Shown: in pieces, positions 9,927-18,644 of the stretch
How positions within the stretch are numbered: the first letter of the stretch is position 1
Layout: every line of letters begins with the position of its first letter
From: an uncultured Chloroflexia bacterium
GTDB taxonomy: Bacteria > Chloroflexota > Limnocylindria > Limnocylindrales > CSP1-4
Direction: 5' to 3'
Length of the DNA stretch: 64,000 bases
Assembly: GCA_963813535.1 (NCBI GenBank)
Contig: CAWEZH010000003.1
Coordinates: 544,001 to 608,000, forward strand
Made by a program: the position numbers and the translations under genes
Notes under the pieces: generated by a model
Told to the model about the DNA's origin: nothing
The model's input: only the letters and a program-made list of their open reading frames with translations
Databases searched by the model: none

Positions 9927-12236
9927 TCAGCGCAGCGGCAAGGAGAGCGTCGTCCGCTGCCAGCGCCCGGCCGAGTCCGCTGCCTGCACCTTCAGTGCGA
10001 CGGTCCCGGACTTGCCCCCGGTCTTCATCGTCAGCGTCGCCTTGTAGGTCCCGGCCGACGTCTTCGCCAACGTGACCGCCCAGGTCGACACGCCGGGTTG
10101 GGTGACGTACACGCGGGGCGTCGTCGACAGGTTCTCGGCCGATGTGACCGACACGCTGATCGACCGTCCGCGGGTCGCGGACGACGCCGATGGCCGGATG
10201 GCGAACGCGTTCATCTCGAACGCCACGGCCTGCGTCGCGCTCACCGCGCCATCGGTCGCGTTGACGACGGCCGTGTACTTGCCGGTCGGCAGCATCGAAC
10301 CATTGGTGCCCAGGGCGTAGAAGGTCCGAGCGGTGGTGCCGCCCGGAGCGTCGACCGCGTCGAGCAAGGTCGCCACGACGGTGCCGGCGGCGTTCCGGAC
10401 GGTCCACGTGACGGTGGCCGGTCGCTGGAGCCTGAAGGTCAGGCGGGTACCGGTCGACATCGTGTCGCGATCCTGCGGGTAGAAGACGGTCTTCGACGTC
10501 GTGAGGAACCCGAGCAGGGCGACCACGCTCACCGACCGGGTCACGGGCGTCCCGGGGTTGCCGACGGCGTCGCGCGGGGTGAGCCGAACGTCGTAAACGC
10601 CGTCCGGGACGATCACACCGCCGCTGGCCTTGCCATCCCAGGTCACGGCCGCGACGTTCGTGGCCGTCGGGACGGTGAACGCTCGAACCACGGCCCCGTC
10701 CTGGTCCCGAACGTGGACGACGATCGAGCCGCGTTCCGTGACCGTCCCGCCGAGGGCCACCGTCTCGCGGACGCCGTCGCCGTTCGGCGCGAACCATGTC
10801 GTGGCGTCCGCGGCGGGCGTCACGCCACCGAGCGTCGGACCGGTCAGATCGACGGTGATCGAGCCGGTCTTGTACCCGGCATTCCCCCACGCATCGGTCG
10901 CATCGATCCGATAGGTGTACGTGCCCTCGATGACCGGCTCGCCACCGACGAGGCCATCCCAGGTCGCGCTCGGCGCCTTGCCGTCACCGGACTCCTCGTG
11001 GATGGTCGCCCCATCGGCGTCGCGGATGCGGAACGTCCACGCGGCGCTCTCCGACAGGGCGGCGCTGAGGGCGACCGTGTCGGCCACGTCGTCGCCGTTC
11101 GGCGAGAGGACCGGCGCCGCAGGATCCACGGCGACGATCCGCGGCGGTGCGCTGTCCCTGGGCTGCACGTCGCCGACGCGCATCACCCCGTGGATGGACG
11201 GGTCGTCGAGCCCCTCGACCTCGACGAGAGGAGCGCCGGCGGCCGTCTGCGTCGGCCGGGCGAGTGCGCGCAAGCGAGTGCCGAGCGGCGTGGGCGTGCT
11301 CGTGTCGGGCGCGCCGGCGGCGGCCGTCGCCGCGTCGGGCCACAGTGGCGCGCCCGCGACGCGGACCGAAGCCCGGCCGGGCACCACCAGCGTCGACGGG
11401 TCGCGGCTGGTGTCGACGGTGCCGGTCACCTGGTTCGTGGTCAGCGTGGGGTGGGTGACGAGCGAGCGGTAGAAGCCGCTCGACGACCCCTCCGGATCCA
11501 TGAGCGACTTGACCCCGCTGGTCCGCGTCGAGGTGAAGCTCCCGACGTGACCGTTGTTGCCCGGCGCGGTCCGCCACATCGCCTCGATCGTCTGATCGGT
11601 GGTGAAGAGCGCACGGATGTAGTCGACCGGTCCGCGATGGCCGTCGGCGAGCACGGCCTGGGCATTCGACTGGAGGAACCCGGCCGCGTAATTGCTGATC
11701 CGCTGGCGCGCGACCGTGACGGTCGGCTGGGTGTGGCCGGGCTCGGAATTGCCCGACGCATAGCACAGGTGATGCAGCAGCACGATGGCGTTCGGCGCCA
11801 GGTCGAGGGTCTTGACGTAGGGCTCGCCGTAGTACTTGTTCTCGTTGTCGGACAGCCGACCGTCGCCGTTCAGGTCGGCGTTGAGGCCCATGCCGTCCTT
11901 GGTCGCGTACTTCGGGTCGTACGTGTAGGGACTCGGCCAGCCGTTGCCGTGACCGAAGTAGATGAGGATCGACGCGCCGACCGCGGTCGATCTGACCTTC
12001 GACCAGGTGGCATTCGGGCTGTAGACCTTGAAGACGTTCGGCGTGTACTTGATGGCCTCGGCGTAGGCAGCGTCGGCGTATCGCCGATAGCTCGCGGTGG
12101 CGCCGTGCGTCGCGCCGACGACGATGACGACCTTGGCCGGGGTACGCGCAGCCGCGGCATGGGCGGGCGGGGCGCTACCGAGCGCTCCCGCGGCAGCCGC
12201 GAGCACGAGCACGATGATGGCGAAGGGTCGACGCAA
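9927..12236 (-). CDS. Secreted protein: putative clan CD (His-Cys) peptidase-like domain, SH3b-like segment and FlgD Ig-like repeats
   Basis: TTG start at 12236 after GGAG; signal peptide ending AHA; IYFGHGNG and LHHLCYASG motifs; SPNGD/APNGDG and TWDG modules. Confidence 0.72.
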   Translation of the reverse strand: MRRPFAIIVLVLAAAAGALGSAPPAHAAAARTPAKVVIVVGATHGATASYRRYADAAYAEAIKYTPNVFKVYSPNATWSKVRSTAVGASILIYFGHGNGWPSPYTYDPKYATKDGMGLNADLNGDGRLSDNENKYYGEPYVKTLDLAPNAIVLLHHLCYASGNSEPGHTQPTVTVARQRISNYAAGFLQSNAQAVLADGHRGPVDYIRALFTTDQTIEAMWRTAPGNNGHVGSFTSTRTSGVKSLMDPEGSSSGFYRSLVTHPTLTTNQVTGTVDTSRDPSTLVVPGRASVRVAGAPLWPDAATAAAGAPDTSTPTPLGTRLRALARPTQTAAGAPLVEVEGLDDPSIHGVMRVGDVQPRDSAPPRIVAVDPAAPVLSPNGDDVADTVALSAALSESAAWTFRIRDADGATIHEESGDGKAPSATWDGLVGGEPVIEGTYTYRIDATDAWGNAGYKTGSITVDLTGPTLGGVTPAADATTWFAPNGDGVRETVALGGTVTERGSIVVHVRDQDGAVVRAFTVPTATNVAAVTWDGKASGGVIVPDGVYDVRLTPRDAVGNPGTPVTRSVSVVALLGFLTTSKTVFYPQDRDTMSTGTRLTFRLQRPATVTWTVRNAAGTVVATLLDAVDAPGGTTARTFYALGTNGSMLPTGKYTAVVNATDGAVSATQAVAFEMNAFAIRPSASSATRGRSISVSVTSAENLSTTPRVYVTQPGVSTWAVTLAKTSAGTYKATLTMKTGGKSGTVALKVQAADSAGRWQRTTLSLPLR

Positions 12237-12308
12237 CTGGGGCTCCGTGGGGTCTGGGGTGACCGACCCCGAGAGCCTCGCGGAGGTCCGTCCGCGGCTC
12301 CATCGCAG

Positions 12309-12319
12309 GAAGGTCCCGA
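12309..12319 (-). promoter_or_regulatory. TCGGGACCTTC motif upstream of the peptidase-like gene
   Basis: Second copy of the 11-mer at 9871-9881, at a similar distance (about 70 nt) from the start codon. Confidence 0.4.
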
Positions 12320-12392
12320 GCCGTCTAGTCACTTCGGCATGGAGTGTGTGACGTGCGGTATCGGCGGGTGCGGACGGGGGTAGTCGACAGCT

Positions 12393-12974
12393 CTACCGGG
12401 TGTGGCGCAGACGCACCACGAGGTCCCGGAGCGATGGGTTCGAGCGGTCCCGCTCCGACAGGATCGGTCGACCGTCGGGAGTCGCCGCGGGAAGCGGCCA
12501 GGGCACCGCCGCCAGCCGATCGTCCCAGGCGAACCCGGCCTCATCGCTGCCGTCGTACTCGTTGGTCACGAGGTAGACGAGATCGACCGGCTCCAGCGAC
12601 ATGAACCCGTGCGCCACCCGCGCCGGGATCTGGACCCACTCGTCGGCCGCAAGCTCGCGGGTCTCGACGAGCGGGTCGTCGCCACCGGCGAGCAGCGGCC
12701 GAAGGTCGACGAGAGCGACGAACGCCCGACCCGAACCGATGATCCAGCGGTCCAGTTGGCGTCGGTGGACATGGAGACCGCGCACGACCCCCGCGACCGA
12801 GGTCGACAGGTTCGCCTGGACGAAGCGCGGCGCGGTGCCTGTCCCCGCTCCGGCGTGCTCTGGATCGATCGGGCCGACGGACCCGTCACGCCACAGCTCA
12901 CGGAACGCACCCCGCTCGTCGGCATGCCGCTCGATGGTGCCGTACCGGACGCCGGGGATCGAGGACGTGGTCAC
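12393..12974 (-). CDS. rmlC: dTDP-4-dehydrorhamnose 3,5-epimerase
   Basis: DERGAFRE, VQANLS, GVVRGLH, AHGF, DR; position in the rml cluster. Confidence 0.88.
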   Translation of the reverse strand: MTTSSIPGVRYGTIERHADERGAFRELWRDGSVGPIDPEHAGAGTGTAPRFVQANLSTSVAGVVRGLHVHRRQLDRWIIGSGRAFVALVDLRPLLAGGDDPLVETRELAADEWVQIPARVAHGFMSLEPVDLVYLVTNEYDGSDEAGFAWDDRLAAVPWPLPAATPDGRPILSERDRSNPSLRDLVVRLRHTR

Positions 12975-13876
12975 CGGGCGGCCGTGATCCGATGTCGTCG
13001 GAGCAGCGGGACGTAGTCGGCGAGCGCCGCCTGCCAGGGCCGCATCGGCTCACCGCTGGGCAGCGGTGTCGGTTCGAGCACGCCCCACGCCGGCGGTGTC
13101 GAGGCCCGGACCCAGGTCGACGCTGGCACCTCCTCGATCGGGACGTCCAGGCCGAGCTGCCGGAATAGCTCGCGTGCCCAGTCGGCGCGAGAGGCGACCC
13201 CACCGTTCACGACATGGCGGACACCTCGGATGTCGCTCTCAGCGAGCAGCTCGGCGATCGACTCGGCCGCGTCGTGCGCGAACGTGGGCGACGCGAATTC
13301 GTCGGCCACGACCTTGAGCGGCTCGCCTGCGGTCTGGGCTCGCTCCCCGGCGGCGAGGATCTTGGTCGGGAAGTCGTTGCCCGGCGGACCGTACAGCCAG
13401 CTCGTGCGGACGATCCCCACCGAACCCGGTCGGTTCACGTACGCGGCGACGGCGACGTCCTCGGCCGCAGCCTTCGAGGCGCCGTACGGATTGGGGGGCG
13501 AGGGCGGGTCGTCGGGTGCGTACGGGATGCGGTCGATCCGCGTCCCGTCGAAGACCTCATTGGTCGAGATCAGCAGCAGGTCGATCCCGCGCTGGGCGCA
13601 GGCGATGGCGAGTCGACCGCTCGCCACGGCGTTGCGGCGCATGGCCAGGTCGGGGTCCCGAGCGCAGCCGTCGACGTCGGTCCAGGCCGCGGCATGCACG
13701 ATGACCTCGGGGCGATGGCGGTCCAGCAGCCCGTCGATCGACGCGGGCGCATCGAGGTCGAAGTCGGCCCGCGTCCAGGCGATCGGCCCGGCGGGCCCGG
13801 TGAACGGGGCATCACCCAGGGCCGCGACGAGCGCCCGCCCGAGTCGCCCGCCGGCTCCCGTGACGGCGACGCGCAT
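12971..13876 (-). CDS. rmlD: dTDP-4-dehydrorhamnose reductase
   Basis: GAGGRLG, AAWTDVDGC, YGASK, RTSWLYG, SPT. Confidence 0.92.
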   Translation of the reverse strand: MRVAVTGAGGRLGRALVAALGDAPFTGPAGPIAWTRADFDLDAPASIDGLLDRHRPEVIVHAAAWTDVDGCARDPDLAMRRNAVASGRLAIACAQRGIDLLLISTNEVFDGTRIDRIPYAPDDPPSPPNPYGASKAAAEDVAVAAYVNRPGSVGIVRTSWLYGPPGNDFPTKILAAGERAQTAGEPLKVVADEFASPTFAHDAAESIAELLAESDIRGVRHVVNGGVASRADWARELFRQLGLDVPIEEVPASTWVRASTPPAWGVLEPTPLPSGEPMRPWQAALADYVPLLRRHRITAAR

Positions 13877-14925
13877 CAGCCCGTGGACCGCAACCGCGAT
13901 CCGTACTGCCGCTCGTAGTACGCGTCCCAGTCACCCGATCGCGCCGCCCGCCACCAGGGCTCGTTGGCGATGAACCAATCGACGGTCCGCGCCAGCCCAT
14001 CCTCGAATGAGGTCGTCGGCTGCCACCCGAGCGCAGCCAGCTTGGACCCGTCCATCGCATAACGACGGTCGTGCCCGGGCCGGTCCTCGACGTGACGGAC
14101 CAGCGACCATGGCTTCCCGAGTCGTTCGAGGAGGAGCCGGACCACGTCGCGGTTGGCCATCTCGACGCCACCCGGGATGTTGTATGTCTCGCCGGCCTCC
14201 CCGTGGCGCAGGACGTGATCGATCGCGCCGGCGTGGTCCGCAACGTATAGCCAATCACGCCGCTGCAGCCCATCGCCGTAGAGCGGCAGCGGCTGGTCGT
14301 CGATCGCATTCGTGACGAACAGCGGGATCAGCTTCTCCGGGTGGTGGTACGGGCCGTACGTGTTCGACCCCCGGGTGACGACGGCGTCGAGCCCGTAGGT
14401 CACGACGTACGAACGCACGAGCAGCTCGCCGGCCGCCTTCGCGGCCGCATACGGCGAACGCGGGGCGAGCAGGTCGCCCTCGGTCGAGTGACCCTCCTCG
14501 ACCGAGCCGTACACCTCGTCGGTCGACACCTGGAGGAAGCGTGGTGGCCGTGAGGCGGCGCGGCAGGCCTCGAGCAGGACGTGCACGCCGATGACGCCGG
14601 TGCGCAGGAACGCTTCCGGATCGAGGATGGAGCGGTCGACGTGCGACTCGGCCGCGAAGTTCACCACCGCGTCGACCTCGGCGACCAGCGGAGTGGCAAC
14701 ACCGGTGTCGGCGATGTCGCCGCGGACGAACCGGAGGCGGGCGGCCATCTCGGGGTCGTCGCGGACCGGCTGGAGGTTCGCCTCGTTGCCGGCATAGGTC
14801 AGCGTGTCGAGGACCGTGATGCGCGTCCCATCGCGTCGCGCCAGGACGTCGCGGACGTAGCACGAGCCGATGAACCCGGCCCCGCCCGTGACGAGGAGCC
14901 GCCGTGGAGGTCCCGGCTCGGTCAC
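13876..14925 (-). CDS. rmlB: dTDP-glucose 4,6-dehydratase
   Basis: TGGAGFIGS, AAESHVDRSI, STDEVYG, YAAAK, DRPGHDRRYA; GTG at 14925 overlaps the rmlA stop. Confidence 0.95.
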   Translation of the reverse strand: MTEPGPPRRLLVTGGAGFIGSCYVRDVLARRDGTRITVLDTLTYAGNEANLQPVRDDPEMAARLRFVRGDIADTGVATPLVAEVDAVVNFAAESHVDRSILDPEAFLRTGVIGVHVLLEACRAASRPPRFLQVSTDEVYGSVEEGHSTEGDLLAPRSPYAAAKAAGELLVRSYVVTYGLDAVVTRGSNTYGPYHHPEKLIPLFVTNAIDDQPLPLYGDGLQRRDWLYVADHAGAIDHVLRHGEAGETYNIPGGVEMANRDVVRLLLERLGKPWSLVRHVEDRPGHDRRYAMDGSKLAALGWQPTTSFEDGLARTVDWFIANEPWWRAARSGDWDAYYERQYGSRLRSTG

Positions 14926-15683
14926 GCGAGCGGCCGCTCGACGGGCGGTGCCAGGCGGCCGGACTCGTCGTCGTCCCTGGCGAGCTCGGCGGCACGCAAC
15001 AGTGACGGCACGGTCCCGGCGTCGGTCCAATGACCCTCGTAGATCCGGGTGAACAGCCGGCCGTCCGGGATGTAGTGGTTGAGCACGTCGGTGATCTCGA
15101 ACTCGCCGCGACCCGACGGCGCAAGCTGGTCGATCACGCCGAACGCATCGGGCCGCAGGAAATACACGCCGATCGGGATCAGGTCGCTCTTGGGCCGCTC
15201 CGGCTTCTCCTCGAAGGCGACGACCCGACCCTCCTCGTCCAGCTCCGCGACGCCGAACCGCTGCGGATCGGGGACGCGGTACAGCAAGGTGCCGGCGCCG
15301 TTGTCGCTGGCCTCGAACTCGGCCGCGACGTCGGCCAGCGCGGGGCCACGAAGGATGTTGTCGCCGAGGACGCAGCAGAACGCATCGGCACCGACGAAGT
15401 CGCGCGCCAGCCCGATCGCCTGGGCGATCCCGTATGCCCCAGCCTGGTAGCGGTAGGTCAGATCGAGGCCGAAATGCGATCCGTCACCGAGCAGCTCGAC
15501 CACGTCGCCGACGCTCTTGCCGCCCACCACGACCATCACCTCGCGGATGCCCATCCCGGCCAGCGTCTCGATCGGGTAGTAGATCATCGGCCGGTCGTAG
15601 ATCGGCAGCAGGTGCTTGTTGGTCACGATCGTCAACGGGAACAGCCGGGTCGCCGTCCCGCCGGCCAGCACGATGCCCTTCAT
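14922..15683 (-). CDS. rmlA: Glucose-1-phosphate thymidylyltransferase (short form)
   Basis: GIVLAGG.ATRLFPLT, KHLLPIYDRPM, LGDN, EEKP, RGEFEITD, WTDAGT. Confidence 0.93.
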   Translation of the reverse strand: MKGIVLAGGTATRLFPLTIVTNKHLLPIYDRPMIYYPIETLAGMGIREVMVVVGGKSVGDVVELLGDGSHFGLDLTYRYQAGAYGIAQAIGLARDFVGADAFCCVLGDNILRGPALADVAAEFEASDNGAGTLLYRVPDPQRFGVAELDEEGRVVAFEEKPERPKSDLIPIGVYFLRPDAFGVIDQLAPSGRGEFEITDVLNHYIPDGRLFTRIYEGHWTDAGTVPSLLRAAELARDDDESGRLAPPVERPLA

Positions 15684-15725
15684 CGCGAGGAAGCGTAGCA
15701 GCGCCGGAGGGCCCGCCCGCTGCGA

Positions 15726-16691
15726 TCAGCGGGGGGTCGCCCTTGGACGAGGTGAGCCCGGGAGGCACGGCTGCTCCCCTTCGGGCAGCGTGCCTTCGTC
15801 GTCCGGGTTCGCGCAATCGACGGGCTGCTCCCCGATCGGCGGCAAACCACCTTCGTAGTCGAGGATCACCAGCACGAACTCGAGCTTGTCGAAGTCGGCC
15901 GCTGGCTGCAGGTAGGCCGTCTGGACGACGGCGTTGGCGTCACGACGGATGTCGACGACCTGGCCGATCAGCAGGCCCTTGGGGTAGGGCGACCGGACCC
16001 CGCCACCGAGCTCGATCCCGGCGCTGACGACTTCATCGCCGAGCGACACTGGCTCTCCGGAATCGATCTGATCCATGACGAGCACGCCACCGAGCTGGCC
16101 GACGACGCGACCGTTCGCGGCATTCGGGACGAGCTGCCCGATGACCGTCGAGGACCCGTCGGTCAGCAGCACCACGGTCGCCGAATCCGGACCGACCTCG
16201 GTCACGCGGCCGGCGAGCGCCCCGCCGCCGGCCACCACGACGTCGCCCACGCTGATCCCGGCATTGGTCCCCTTGTCGATGCCGATGACCCGCCGGAACT
16301 CCGATGAGTCCCGCGAGATGACCGCCGCGGCGGCGGTCTTGAAATCCAACCCCGCGTTCAGCTGCAGCAGGTCGGTCAGCAGGGCATTCTCTCGCGCGAT
16401 CTCCTGGAGCCTGGCGTTCTCGACGCTCAGCCGGTCGTTCTCGGCCCGCAGCGAGCCATTATCGACACGCAGCCGGTCGATCTCGGCGACGGCGGCTCCG
16501 ATGGACGCGACCCCACCGGCGACCTCGTCGAGGGCGCCCTGGATCGGGCGGAACGCGAAGCCAAGCCCGTTCTGGAGCTCGCGGACGAACGGGTTCGAGG
16601 ACAGGGCCATCAGCACGAGGCAGACCGATAACAGCACCGTGAAGACGATGCTGCGGCGGCGGGTCAGGCGATCGGTCGAAAGTGTCGTCAT
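15726..16691 (-). CDS. mreC: Rod shape-determining protein MreC
   Basis: N-terminal TM, coiled coil (LRAENDRL), IDKG...G, YPKGLLIGQV, PAADF..LEFV; directly downstream of mreB. Confidence 0.92.
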   Translation of the reverse strand: MTTLSTDRLTRRRSIVFTVLLSVCLVLMALSSNPFVRELQNGLGFAFRPIQGALDEVAGGVASIGAAVAEIDRLRVDNGSLRAENDRLSVENARLQEIARENALLTDLLQLNAGLDFKTAAAAVISRDSSEFRRVIGIDKGTNAGISVGDVVVAGGGALAGRVTEVGPDSATVVLLTDGSSTVIGQLVPNAANGRVVGQLGGVLVMDQIDSGEPVSLGDEVVSAGIELGGGVRSPYPKGLLIGQVVDIRRDANAVVQTAYLQPAADFDKLEFVLVILDYEGGLPPIGEQPVDCANPDDEGTLPEGEQPCLPGSPRPRATPR

Positions 16692-16737
16692 GGGAAGAAC
16701 GATCATCGGCCGACGGTCAACCCGTCGGCCAGCCGCG

Positions 16738-17790
16738 TCAGCGCGGAGGTCGGGAGTACGTTTCGGCGACGAGGACCCGATCCATCTCGTCGAGCTCCTC
16801 GAGCACCACGCCGGTCCCGCGGGCCACGCAGGTCAGCGGGTCATCGGCGATGTGGACCGGCATCTGTGTGGCTTCCGCGATGCGTCGGTCGAGGCCGGCC
16901 AGCAACGCGCCGCCGCCGGCCACGACGATGCCCTGGTCCATGATGTCGGCCACGAGCTCGGGCGGCGTCTCCTCGATCGTGTCCTTGACCGTATCGATGA
17001 TCTGCGCGACGGACGGCTCGATGGCCTCGCGGATCTGGTCGGCGCCGACCTCCACGCTCCGTGGCAGGCCGGTCAGCAGGTCGCGGCCGCGGAGCGTCAC
17101 GCGCTGGGCATCCCACTCGCCCGGGTAGGACGAGCCGATCGCGATCTTGATGTCCTCGGCCGTGCGCTCGCCGAGGAACAGGTTGTACTCGCGCCGGGCG
17201 AACGTGACGATGTCCTGGTCCATCTCGTCGCCACCGATGCGGATCGAGCGGCTCACGACGATGCCGCCGAGCGAGATGACCGCGACCTCCGTCGTCCCGC
17301 CGCCGATGTCGACGATGAGACTGCCCGACGGCTCGCTGACCGGGAGACCTGCACCGATCGCGGCCGCCATCGGCTCTTCGATGAGCCGCGCCCAGCGCGC
17401 CCCCGCGTTGAGAGCCGCGTCGCGGACGGCCCGCTTCTCGACCTCGGTCACACCCGACGGGATGCCGAGCAGCATCCGCGGTCGCGGGATCAGCCCGATA
17501 CGGTCGTGCACGCGGTTCACGAAGTATTTGATCATCTGCTCGGTGACGTCGAAGTCGCTGATGACACCGTCGCGCAGGGGACGCACCGCGATGATGTTCG
17601 CGGGCGTGCGGCCCACCATCCGCTTCGCCTCCGCGCCGATGGCGAGGACGCGCTTCGTCTTCGCGTCGATCGCGACCACCGACGGCTCGCTCATCACGAT
17701 CCCGCGGTCCTTCACGTGGACGAGGGTGTTCGCGGTGCCGAGGTCGATGCCGATGTCGCGGGAAAAGAGGCCGAGCAGGCGGTCGAGCAT
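16738..17790 (-). CDS. mreB: Rod shape-determining protein MreB
   Basis: IGIDLGTANT, EPSVVA, EEPMAAAIGAG, DIGGGTTEVA, GERTAE, GGGALL. Confidence 0.97.
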   Translation of the reverse strand: MLDRLLGLFSRDIGIDLGTANTLVHVKDRGIVMSEPSVVAIDAKTKRVLAIGAEAKRMVGRTPANIIAVRPLRDGVISDFDVTEQMIKYFVNRVHDRIGLIPRPRMLLGIPSGVTEVEKRAVRDAALNAGARWARLIEEPMAAAIGAGLPVSEPSGSLIVDIGGGTTEVAVISLGGIVVSRSIRIGGDEMDQDIVTFARREYNLFLGERTAEDIKIAIGSSYPGEWDAQRVTLRGRDLLTGLPRSVEVGADQIREAIEPSVAQIIDTVKDTIEETPPELVADIMDQGIVVAGGGALLAGLDRRIAEATQMPVHIADDPLTCVARGTGVVLEELDEMDRVLVAETYSRPPR

Positions 17791-17885
17791 GATCGGGGGG
17801 AGGGTCCTCGTGGATCGCCATGGCGGGTCGGGCGTGACGGCAGGCCGGGATGGTGGTCGCGTCGCGCCGGGGATCGGTCGGGATA

Positions 17886-17940
17886 GGTCGTTCGGGGCCG
17901 GATAGGCCCGCGCAGTCTACCAGAGGCTCCCCGAACGACC
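17886..17940. repeat. Perfect 12-bp inverted repeat bracketing the candidate mreB -10 box
   Basis: GGTCGTTCGGGG (17886-17897) and CCCCGAACGACC (17929-17940); TAGACT on the minus strand at 17914-17919. Confidence 0.65.
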
Positions 17941-17945
17941 GCCGG

Positions 17946-18632
17946 TCAGGAGCCGATGAGCGACGCGCAGAACCCGACGACCGTCCCCAGCGCAGCTCCG
18001 CTGCCGCCCTTCTGATAGGCGAACGGCACGAGCGATGCCGTCAGCATCGCGAGGAGGCCGCCGGCCGCGATCGAGGCCGCCCGGGCTCCCGTGACGGTGT
18101 CGATGTTCGACGCCACGAGCCAGCCGAGGGCCGAGGCCACTCCACAGGCCACGACCACGGCACCCCACATGCCGATCATCCGCCCGACACGCCAACCCGA
18201 GCCGATGAGGTCAGCGGACGGCGCCAGTGCCTGCGGGACGTTGGACACGAACACGGCCGCCAGGAACGCGAGGCTGATCGGGATGCCAGCGGCCAGCTGG
18301 ATGCCGAAGATCAGCGATTCCGGCACGCCGTCGACCACCGAGCCGAGGACGATGCCGAGGGCGCTCCCGGGACCGCCCTCCCCGAACCGCTGCTCGATGA
18401 TGCGATCGGCCACGATGAAGATGCCGGCGCCGACCAGGAACCAGAGCGCGACCTCGGGGCCTGCGATGGCCTCCGGCACGAGGTCGAAGGCGACCGCGCC
18501 GATGAGCGCGCCGGCGCCGATCCCGGCAAGGATCCCGACGATCCGGTCGGGGATGCGCACGACGAACGGCAGGAGACCGCTGAGCAGGAGCGATGACTGG
18601 GCGATCGCGCCCAGGGCGAATGCCTGGAGCAT
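17946..18632 (-). CDS. ZIP family metal transporter
   Basis: Multi-TM protein with DGVPES and SNVPQ motifs; DLVPEA. Confidence 0.82.
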   Translation of the reverse strand: MLQAFALGAIAQSSLLLSGLLPFVVRIPDRIVGILAGIGAGALIGAVAFDLVPEAIAGPEVALWFLVGAGIFIVADRIIEQRFGEGGPGSALGIVLGSVVDGVPESLIFGIQLAAGIPISLAFLAAVFVSNVPQALAPSADLIGSGWRVGRMIGMWGAVVVACGVASALGWLVASNIDTVTGARAASIAAGGLLAMLTASLVPFAYQKGGSGAALGTVVGFCASLIGS

Positions 18633-18644
18633 GACGGCTGAAGG

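Noticed and set aside
9802-10890. 1188-aa version of the GH18 ORF
   Set aside because: The extension is Arg-rich off-frame translation overlapping the neighbouring gene; the signal-like sequence starts near 9801
9603-12383. 926-aa plus-strand ORF
   Set aside because: Antisense shadow of a GC-rich gene, with no motifs
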